Shown here piece by piece: positions 28,181-35,436 of a DNA stretch of 64,000 nt; position 1 is the first letter of the stretch, and the number at the start of each line of letters is the position of its first letter. A model generated the notes under the pieces. It worked only from the letters and a program-made list of their open reading frames with translations. It was not told the origin of the DNA and ran no database searches. Made by a program: the position numbers and the translations under genes. Source of the stretch: Lachnospiraceae bacterium (GTDB taxonomy: Bacteria; Bacillota; Clostridia; Lachnospirales; Lachnospiraceae). The stretch is taken from contig JAAUZE010000008.1 in assembly GCA_014804755.1 (NCBI GenBank), positions 100,109 through 164,108 of the forward strand. Reading direction: 5' to 3'.

Positions 28181-29425
28181 TCAAGAGTTGTCCTTTATTT
28201 GGTACATCCGGCACATTGTCTGTAGATCCCGATAAAAGCGATGTTCCACGGATTTGTCCGTACATTCCAGAGACAAGATCCTGCCTATGAAGGTGCGGAT
28301 CCAGGGCAGCATCTCATTGCAGTCGAATACTTCTATTTCGTACTGATAAACATTACGTTCTATTCTTGTGACCGTACCGCCTCTGCCCTCACGCTTTAAA
28401 CGTTCCACAATATATTGTTCGGAAGGTTCCAGAGCCTGTATTGTCATAGTCAGCCGGTTAAGGTGGTGTCGGGCATTCCCCTGAAAGGATACGCCCCACA
28501 GATGGCAGCGGTTCCGATCCAGCTGTGCCAGCAGTTCCTCATATTTCTCCGATTGGTCTAAGAGAGTGACGGTTTTGACGGTATCCAGGCGGTAGCAGGT
28601 GAAACGCTTACTTTTTTTCGCATATCCGCATAGAAAACGGCGGCCGCTTCTGGTGCTGGTGAAAATCTGCAGGGGCGTACAGTCGGCGGTATTCAGTGCT
28701 CCGTTTTTGGAGCTTTTTATTTCCAGACGTACATCTGTCTTATGGTTCATGGCATTCAGAAGGTCGAAAAGGATTTCCTCCTCCAAAGTATGTACGCAGA
28801 AGCTGTGTTTCACCCGGAAGGTCCGGTTGTGATGATCAAACTGTTCCGAAAGGTGGTTTCCGATGATCCCGAAGCTCCCTGCCATCTGGTAAAATGCAAG
28901 GGCGTCCAGCATGCTCTCATTGGATTTTATCCAGACAGCCAGAGAATTATCGATGGAAAAAACGATGGTTTTCCCAGATTTCTTTTTATGTAACAGCCCT
29001 TCTTTTTCATAGGCGTTGCATTTTCGGCGAACGGTCTGTATATCGAACAGCGCCTCATATTTCTCAAGCAGGCCGCCTGTTATTTCCTCCGCAGTCAATT
29101 CTGCGCCGTCCTGAAGCAGATCAAGTATCAGAAAATGGAGCACGATATCGTTGTCGGTGAAGCTTTTCGTCTTCCATACCCGAAACAGAGGGTTGGTATC
29201 CAGCAGGTTACTGTCTATGGCGAGAGAAATGTTGGAGCCGTTAGACACATGGTCTTTCCGCACATGATTCCCAAGCCAGCTTTCCAGTCGCCTCCGTTCA
29301 TTGTCGTAGGTTCGGGGGCTTTTGTCCTTGAATTCATCTCTGGTCTTGAAGCCGTAGACAAAAAAATCACGCACATATTCTCTTGTTTTGGGAAAGCTTT
29401 TGACCAGCTCCTGAAAATCAGACAT
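28181..29425 (-). CDS. wHTH-WYL-WCX transcriptional regulator (PafBC/BrxR-like architecture), partner 1
   Basis: N-terminal winged-helix region. The WYL core is VRLEIKSSKNG...PLQIFTSTRSGRRFLCGYAKKSKRFTCYRLDTVKTV. The WCX-like tail is LTMTIQAL...MLPWIRTFIGRILSLE. Confidence 0.6.
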   Translation of the reverse strand: MSDFQELVKSFPKTREYVRDFFVYGFKTRDEFKDKSPRTYDNERRRLESWLGNHVRKDHVSNGSNISLAIDSNLLDTNPLFRVWKTKSFTDNDIVLHFLILDLLQDGAELTAEEITGGLLEKYEALFDIQTVRRKCNAYEKEGLLHKKKSGKTIVFSIDNSLAVWIKSNESMLDALAFYQMAGSFGIIGNHLSEQFDHHNRTFRVKHSFCVHTLEEEILFDLLNAMNHKTDVRLEIKSSKNGALNTADCTPLQIFTSTRSGRRFLCGYAKKSKRFTCYRLDTVKTVTLLDQSEKYEELLAQLDRNRCHLWGVSFQGNARHHLNRLTMTIQALEPSEQYIVERLKREGRGGTVTRIERNVYQYEIEVFDCNEMLPWIRTFIGRILSLECTDKSVEHRFYRDLQTMCRMYQIKDNS

Positions 29426-29632
29426 ATTGCCTCCGAATGACCGCCGTTTATGGCAGTTAGTTTTTATTTAGGAATAAATATAACACACTTCGCAACATTT
29501 TTGAAATGATTATTTGGAAAATGTTTCATATACTGATTTTAGTTCATCAAGCAAAACCATATAAAATGCGGCTTTGCATCAGGGAACGGAAGATGAACCA
29601 TATACAAGATAGGAAGAAAGGATGGAGAGGAT

Positions 29633-30865
29633 ATGTTCGTATTGTATAACGAGAATACAAGATTTCCGGTAAAGGTGTGGCTGAAAGATGAGAGTGGGCT
29701 GGAGGGAAAATGTCTGGAGCAGGCATACAACCTGTCGAAGCTTCCTTTCATACATAAATGGGTATGTCTGATGCCTGATACCCATGCGGGTAAGGGAATG
29801 CCCATCGGCGGAGTGATCGCCACAAAGGATGTGATCATCCCCAATGCGGTTGGGGTAGATATCGGATGCGGTATGGATTTTATTCCTACCAATATTCGCG
29901 TGGAGGACATAAAAGGCATTCAGACCGGAAACGGCACCCTGATCCAGTCCATCATCGGAAGCATCATGCGGACGATTCCGCTAAATACAGAGAGATACAA
30001 GGTTCCGCAGGAGTCGGAAGTGCTGGATCGTGCACAGCGGGAAATGGAAAAATATGAGGAGGATGCAGAGCTGGTGCCATTGATTGAGGACGGATATTTT
30101 CAGGTGGGAAGTCTGGGCGGCGGTAATCATTTTATCGAGCTTCAGGAAGATCAGGAAGGATATCTCTGCATTATGATCCACTCCGGAAGCCGTCATCTCG
30201 GAAAGGCAATCTGCGATTACTTCCATAAGAAGGCGGGAGAGCTGAACAGAATGTGGCACAGCGAAGTCAAGGATGAGTATCATTTGTCTTTCTTGCCTGT
30301 CCAGACAAAAGAAGGGCAGCAGTATATCAACTGGATGAATCTGGCGCTGGATTATGCCTTCGAGAACCGCGCCCGTATGCTGGATAAGACCTGTGGCATT
30401 GTGAAAGAGCAGATTGAGAAGCACACGGACCTCACAGTGGAATTCGGAGAGGAGATCAACTGCCATCACAACTATGCGGCATTGGAAAATCATTATGACG
30501 CTAATGTCTGGGTACATAGGAAAGGCGCTACCAGAGTGAGGGAAGGAGAAATGGCTGTGATACCGGGAGCCATGGGATCTTACAGCTATGTGGTGGAAGG
30601 AAAAGGAAATAAGGAATCCTTCTGCACCTCCTCCCACGGTGCTGGCAGAAGATACTCCAGATCCGGCGCCATGCAGGCATTCAGCACAGAGCAGGTCATG
30701 GTGGATCTGAAGGAACAGGATGTTGTGCTGGGAAAGCGCAAGAAAAATGATGTTGCCGAGGAGTGCCGGTTTGCCTATAAGGATATTGACCAGGTTATGG
30801 CACAGCAGCTGGACATGGTCACGCCGGTGAGGAAGTTAAAGACAGTGGGCGTGGTGAAAGGATGA
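29633..30865 (+). CDS. rtcB: RNA-splicing ligase RtcB (3'-phosphate/5'-hydroxyl RNA ligase)
   Basis: VGVDIGCGM, GGGNHFIEL, NCHHNYA, VHRKGAT, IPGAMGSYSYVV and SSHGAGR form the full RtcB metal/GTP-binding motif series. Confidence 0.9.
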   Translation: MFVLYNENTRFPVKVWLKDESGLEGKCLEQAYNLSKLPFIHKWVCLMPDTHAGKGMPIGGVIATKDVIIPNAVGVDIGCGMDFIPTNIRVEDIKGIQTGNGTLIQSIIGSIMRTIPLNTERYKVPQESEVLDRAQREMEKYEEDAELVPLIEDGYFQVGSLGGGNHFIELQEDQEGYLCIMIHSGSRHLGKAICDYFHKKAGELNRMWHSEVKDEYHLSFLPVQTKEGQQYINWMNLALDYAFENRARMLDKTCGIVKEQIEKHTDLTVEFGEEINCHHNYAALENHYDANVWVHRKGATRVREGEMAVIPGAMGSYSYVVEGKGNKESFCTSSHGAGRRYSRSGAMQAFSTEQVMVDLKEQDVVLGKRKKNDVAEECRFAYKDIDQVMAQQLDMVTPVRKLKTVGVVKG

Positions 30866-31049
30866 GCTCAGCGGGGGTCAAATACCCCGCAGTATACTGA
30901 ACAGAAAAGCTGATATGGTGTCAGTATACTGTGGGATATTTGACAAGGCACGGGTATTGGAAGTCACTTCCTGCCCGGCGGTGCCGACAGCGTGCTGTGC
31001 GGTATTCCACGAATATTCCAACCGGCTTAACGTGGTGTTAAGTGAAGGT

Positions 31050-31112
31050 TTGTGGTGTCGAGGGTTCGAATCCCTCCCGTGTAAACGGTAGCTCAGTGGG
31101 TAGAGTGCACAA
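31050..31112 (+). ncRNA. Circularly permuted tRNA-like module (YrlA/Y-RNA-like tRNA mimic candidate)
   Basis: Read 5' to 3': TTGTG, GTGTC, T arm GAGGG-TTCGAAT-CCCTC, CCGT-GTAA-ACGG, TA, D arm GCTC-AGTGGGTA-GAGT, G, CACAA. The terminal 5-mers are perfectly complementary. Confidence 0.5.
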
Positions 31113-31122
31113 CATTATGGCA

Positions 31123-31152
31123 AGACCTGTAAAGTCTGCGGTTCGAATCCGC
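31123..31152 (+). ncRNA. Second partial tRNA-like module (anticodon-arm-like hairpin plus T arm)
   Basis: AGAC-CTGTAAA-GTCT has a 7-nt loop of the form CU-GUA-AA. It is followed directly by GCGG-TTCGAAT-CCGC. Confidence 0.4.
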
Positions 31153-31447
31153 CCAAAGCAATACTTTTATCCCGATTTCAGGCAAATTCTGCATCTCTGT
31201 GAAGCGCAAAGGATTGCGAAGCAGGGAAAGCGTGAGGGCGCCAAATCAGTCTGCGGCCTGAAGGCCGGGGATACCGCAGATCGGAAGGAGGAACAACACT
31301 CTGTAAAGAATATTGAGAAACGGTGATGATATCCCTTTACAGAGTGCCCTTCCTCCCCACGGTCTGCTGAACCGGGCTTCCGCTTCAGACTGATGAATGA
31401 GGGATATCAGTATTACTAAAACAAATTAAGATCAGGAGGAGTAAGTT

Positions 31448-32554
31448 ATGAAGTATATTATCAGAGATAATCAGGCAGGGTTTGTATTGAAGAATGGCGT
31501 ATTTCAAAAGATGATCACCGCGGGAACCTGGCATTTTCCTAAGATAGCAGGTTACACGGTCGAGATTGAGGAGATGTCGAATGAACTGGATTATCAGGAG
31601 GTTCCCTATCAGGTGCTTTCCGGAGATGCTGCATTCCTTAATGCCACTGTACATACGGAAATACCGGATGGCTCTGTGGGTTTCATCTACATGAATGGCA
31701 AGCTGACAGCCTTTGCGAGCAGGAAGGATTATGTATTCTGGAATGTGTTTGATACGTATGAGGTCAAAGTTGTGTCCATGGCGGAGACGTTCATCGGAGC
31801 AGAAGTGACGAAGCAGATGCTTTCGCTGGTGCCGAAGCACCTTTATACGGAGGTGTCGGTGGGAGAGGGAGAAATCGGTCTGGTATACTATGACAACGTC
31901 ATGCAGACCCCACTTTCCAAAGGCGTATATCGTTTCTGGAATTACCATCATGTCGTTTCCTGCTGCGTGATTGATATGAAGCAGAAAGAACTGGATATCG
32001 TGGGTCAGGAAATTCTGACCAAAGACAAGATAGGCATCAGAATGAACGTTGCATGCATGTATAAAATACGGGATGCAGTAGAATTCGTTGCAACGATCTC
32101 GGATCTGAAAGGACAGCTTTACCCTGCGGTACAGCTTGTGATCAGAGAGGTCGTGGGCAATTACAAGCTGGACGAGATACTGGAGGCAAAGGAGCAGATC
32201 TCCGGGGAAATCTACGAGGCGCTTAAGGGGCGGGAAGAGATGTTCTGTGTGAATTTCCTCACCGCGGGAATCAAGGATATCATACTGCCCGGCGAGATCA
32301 GGGAGATCATGAATTCTGTCCTTGTGGCGGAAAAGGCAGCTCAGGCAAACGTGATCGCCAGAAGGGAGGAGGTGGCCTCTACCAGATCTCTGCTCAACAC
32401 GGCGAAGCTTATGGACGAGAACCAGACACTCTACAAGCTGAAGGAGCTTGAGTATCTGGAGAAGATCTGTGAGAAGGTAGGCGACATATCTGTCAATGGC
32501 AATGTGGGAATCATGGAGCAATTGGGGAAAATGATGGGGACGAGACAGGGATGA
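31448..32554 (+). CDS. SPFH/band-7 (slipin-like) domain protein
   Basis: The RBS is AGGAGGAG. The SPFH core is IREVVGNYKLDEILEAKEQISGEI, followed by a coiled-coil tail, AEKAAQANVIARREEVASTRSLLNTAKLM. Confidence 0.65.
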   Translation: MKYIIRDNQAGFVLKNGVFQKMITAGTWHFPKIAGYTVEIEEMSNELDYQEVPYQVLSGDAAFLNATVHTEIPDGSVGFIYMNGKLTAFASRKDYVFWNVFDTYEVKVVSMAETFIGAEVTKQMLSLVPKHLYTEVSVGEGEIGLVYYDNVMQTPLSKGVYRFWNYHHVVSCCVIDMKQKELDIVGQEILTKDKIGIRMNVACMYKIRDAVEFVATISDLKGQLYPAVQLVIREVVGNYKLDEILEAKEQISGEIYEALKGREEMFCVNFLTAGIKDIILPGEIREIMNSVLVAEKAAQANVIARREEVASTRSLLNTAKLMDENQTLYKLKELEYLEKICEKVGDISVNGNVGIMEQLGKMMGTRQG

Positions 32555-32596
32555 TCTAATTAGTTCTTCATGTTTTGGTTATATTGTGTTAAAATA

Positions 32597-32629
32597 ACAG
32601 ATATGGCTCCGGCGGGGAGCCATATCTGT
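32597..32629. terminator. Strong GC-capped hairpin, probably a terminator
   Basis: ACAGATATGGCTCC-GGCGG-GGAGCCATATCTGT is a 14-bp perfect stem. The T-tract is weak on the plus side and better on the minus side. Confidence 0.5.
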
Positions 32630-32728
32630 GTTATAAATTCAAATTTGTTTAAACAACCATTACTACAACTGAATAAATAACACAACGTCAGAGCGAAATC
32701 CCAATCGTAATTCACGGAGGAACATAGA

Positions 32729-33163
32729 ATGATAAAACAGGCAGAACAAGCAGATGCGTTAACCTTGGCAGAATTGGCAATCCAGATGTGGGAAGACAAT
32801 ACCATATCGGAGCTGGCATCCGAATTTGCGGAAATGATTGGCAGCGAGGATGCGGCTTGCTTTATTCAATATGCGGAGGACAAGCCGATCGGATTTGCGC
32901 AGTGTCAGCTTAGGCATGACTATGTCGAGGGCACGGAGACATCACCGGTCGGTTATTTAGAAGGAATCTTTGTTCAGGACGAGTTTCGCCATAAAGGCTA
33001 TGCAAAAGAACTGCTGCAGGAATGCGAAAAGTGGGCAAAGGGAAAAAACTGTTCTGAATTTGCAAGTGATTGTGAATTAGACAATGTGAATAGTCTCAAA
33101 TTTCATTTGGCAATGGGGTTTGAAGAAGCCAATCGGGTTATTTGTTTTCGAAAAGACATTTGA
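32729..33163 (+). CDS. AAC(6')-I-like aminoglycoside N-acetyltransferase (GNAT)
   Basis: IGFAQCQLRHDYVEGTETSPVGYLEGIFV...GYAKELL...ASDCELDNVNSLKFHLAMGFEEANRVICFRK closely parallels the remembered AAC(6')-Iy/Ic-type sequence pattern. Confidence 0.6.
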   Translation: MIKQAEQADALTLAELAIQMWEDNTISELASEFAEMIGSEDAACFIQYAEDKPIGFAQCQLRHDYVEGTETSPVGYLEGIFVQDEFRHKGYAKELLQECEKWAKGKNCSEFASDCELDNVNSLKFHLAMGFEEANRVICFRKDI

Positions 33164-33201
33164 GCAAGGTTAATTGATGCGGGACGAAAGGAATATATAA
33201 A

Positions 33202-33633
33202 GTGGAAAAGCTGAATCAGGAAACAAAAAAGATCATGGAAGAACGGTTCGGAAAAGACAATATTATCGCATTGGCGACGTTGGAAGGCGATATGCCCAGC
33301 GTCCGCAATGTGGACGGATTTTATGAGGATGGGGCGTTTTATACGATCACGTATGCGCTTTCCGACAAAATGAAGCAGATCGAAAAAAATCCGAATGTGG
33401 CGATTGCGGGAGAATGGTTTACCGCGCATGGGAAGGCGGTCAGTCTCGGTTATTTTGGCAGGGCGGAGAATGAGGACATTGCCGGAAAGTTGCGGACGGC
33501 TTTTGCAGAGTGGATTGATAACGGACACAACAATTTTGAAGATGAAAACACAGTCATCCTCTGTGTGCAGCTGACGGACGGTGTTCTTTTTTCACAGGGA
33601 GCAAGATACGAAATTGATTTTAGTGCGGATTGA
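33202..33633 (+). CDS. Pyridoxamine 5'-phosphate oxidase-family (general stress protein 26-like) protein
   Basis: IIALATLEGDMPSVRNVDGFYEDGAFYTIT...NPNVAIAG is a PNPOx-like split barrel. The start codon is GTG. Confidence 0.55.
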   Translation: MEKLNQETKKIMEERFGKDNIIALATLEGDMPSVRNVDGFYEDGAFYTITYALSDKMKQIEKNPNVAIAGEWFTAHGKAVSLGYFGRAENEDIAGKLRTAFAEWIDNGHNNFEDENTVILCVQLTDGVLFSQGARYEIDFSAD

Positions 33634-33650
33634 GGAGGGAATAGAAGACC

Positions 33651-34091
33651 ATGATTCATTTTGAAGCGATAACGGAAGAAAATTTTGATGCGGTCATCCA
33701 AATGAAGCGTCCACCGGAGGAGCATTTTGTAGCGTCAAATGCGTACTCTCTTGCGCAGGCGTGGCTGTATCGGGATGCGGGCGATGTGTATCCGTTTGCG
33801 ATCTGCAATAGCGGCGTATCGGTCGGTTTTATGATGCTGGATGAGGATTTGGAAGAACGCTGCCTCATCATATGGAGGATCATGTTCCCGCCGGAGCATC
33901 AGAACCAGGGTTATGGAACACAGGCCATCCAAGAGATTATTCGCATGGCCAAGGAATCCGGGAAATATGATTTTTTGCTTCTGAACTGCGCGCCCGAAAA
34001 TCACATTGCGGCGCATGTTTATGAAAAGCTGGGATTCAAACCGACCGGCGTTGTCAGTCACGGAGAGACGGAGTTAAAGCTGCTTTTTTGA
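33651..34091 (+). CDS. GNAT-family N-acetyltransferase
   Basis: PPEHQNQGYGTQAIQEIIRMAK is motif A. Confidence 0.7.
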   Translation: MIHFEAITEENFDAVIQMKRPPEEHFVASNAYSLAQAWLYRDAGDVYPFAICNSGVSVGFMMLDEDLEERCLIIWRIMFPPEHQNQGYGTQAIQEIIRMAKESGKYDFLLLNCAPENHIAAHVYEKLGFKPTGVVSHGETELKLLF

Positions 34092-34148
34092 AGCTATATA
34101 ACATTTTTAAGAGGCAGAATGTTTCTGATGACAAGGAGGAGTACGCCT

Positions 34149-34685
34149 ATGAAAAGATGCAGATTATCCTATGATGAATGGAAATGTATCCTGTCAAAAG
34201 AGATGACCGGCAAAAGAGTGGTTGGGGACTTTTTTGAGGGATATATTGGTCTGATCGACATTCGACAGGTAAGTGAAGTGCAGAAATGGAAATTGGGCGG
34301 GGAAGAGATCGTGGTCTGCGACGGAGGCATCAAATGGCTGAGTATTTTGCCGCAGAATGATTTTTATTGTATCACTGCCATGATGAATGAAAAAAGCGAT
34401 ATATTGTTATGGTACATTGATATGATCGCGGGTCAGGGAACGGATACGGACGGTATGCCGTGGTTTGACGATCTGTACTTGGATCTGGTGGTTTATCCGA
34501 ACGGAGAAATTAAAGTGGATGACATGGATGAACTGGAAGAAGCGCTGCGGCAAAAAGACATCACGCAGGAACAATTTGATCTTGCGCTTCATACGGCCGA
34601 TCAATTGAAAAAAGGATTGTTAAAGGACATCCATTCTTTTAAGGACTATACATATGCATGCTATGAGCTCCTATGCAAAGATTGA
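34149..34685 (+). CDS. DUF402-domain protein (nucleoside di/triphosphatase-like)
   Basis: WYIDMIAG...FDDLYLDLVVYPNG...DELEEAL is the DUF402 pattern. AGGAGG precedes the ATG at 34149. Confidence 0.6.
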   Translation: MKRCRLSYDEWKCILSKEMTGKRVVGDFFEGYIGLIDIRQVSEVQKWKLGGEEIVVCDGGIKWLSILPQNDFYCITAMMNEKSDILLWYIDMIAGQGTDTDGMPWFDDLYLDLVVYPNGEIKVDDMDELEEALRQKDITQEQFDLALHTADQLKKGLLKDIHSFKDYTYACYELLCKD

Positions 34686-34793
34686 AAAATCAAAGATTTT
34701 TCTAAAGCGAACAAGTTCGCTTTGCAAATTTGTGCTGACGCCCAAATTCGCGGGCTGTTGGCAGCATGGAGGATTAGTTTGAAGGGAAAAACA

Positions 34794-35396
34794 ATGAATA
34801 TAGGCTTTCAGATCATAGCGATCGTGATATTACTCGTTTTTTACGGGTGCTATTTTACAAAAATGATATTGCAGAGAAAAAAGGGTATACAGACCAATCA
34901 GATGGGAAAAGGGAAAACGGGGCTTGTGAAGCGCATTGAGATTACAATGAAAATCACGTCACTCCTCGTCCCTGCGGCGGAGATTGTCAGTATTGTTTTG
35001 GACGTATCGCCCTTGCCGCTATGGGCAAGAATAGCGGGCGTGCTGATCGGAATCTGCGGAGCGGTGGTTTTTATTTTGGCGGTGGTGACGATGCGGGACA
35101 GCTGGCGTGCAGGCGTTTCGGAAATGGAGCGCACGGAGCTTGTCACAGGCGGTATTTATCAGATCAGCCGCAATCCGGCTTTCCTTGGATTTGACCTTGT
35201 TTACATAGGGATTGTGCTGATGTTTTTTAACTGGGTTCTGCTTGCGGTATCGGTATTTGCCGGTCTGATGTTCCATTTGCAGATCGTGAATGTGGAGGAA
35301 GATTTTTTGGTCCGAACGTTTGGACAAGCTTACCTTGATTATCGAAAAAAGGTGAACCGATATTTGGGGAGAAAGATTGGCAAACAAAATGGGTGA
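34794..35396 (+). CDS. Isoprenylcysteine carboxyl methyltransferase (ICMT)/phospholipid methyltransferase-family membrane protein
   Basis: Multi-TM protein with TGGIYQISRNPAFLGFDLVYIG and HLQIVNVEEDFL. Confidence 0.65.
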   Translation: MNIGFQIIAIVILLVFYGCYFTKMILQRKKGIQTNQMGKGKTGLVKRIEITMKITSLLVPAAEIVSIVLDVSPLPLWARIAGVLIGICGAVVFILAVVTMRDSWRAGVSEMERTELVTGGIYQISRNPAFLGFDLVYIGIVLMFFNWVLLAVSVFAGLMFHLQIVNVEEDFLVRTFGQAYLDYRKKVNRYLGRKIGKQNG

Positions 35397-35436
35397 GATT
35401 TGGGATTCTGTTTGAGCAGAATCATGGAGGATTAAC

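Noticed and set aside
31089-31160. A canonical tRNA gene (tRNA-Tyr, GTA anticodon) combining the D arm, the anticodon-like arm and the second T arm
   Set aside because: No acceptor stem can form, because TAAACGG and CCAAAGC are not complementary. There is a 15-nt insert between the D arm and the anticodon-like stem, only a 4-bp anticodon stem, and no variable region. It is therefore reported as tRNA-like modules and not as a tRNA.
31042-31326. A 94-aa plus-strand ORF in the rtcB-SPFH intergenic region
   Set aside because: It reads straight through two TTCGAAT T-arm hairpins and a D arm. It has a GTG start with no RBS, and its sequence is better explained by RNA structure.
31385-32521. A 378-aa ORF on the minus strand, antisense to the SPFH gene
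   Set aside because: It mirrors the plus-strand SPFH ORF almost end to end. Its composition is odd (rich in Leu, His, Arg and Ile), it has no recognisable motif and no RBS, and the plus-strand frame carries clear SPFH motifs and an AGGAGG RBS. It is a typical shadow ORF.
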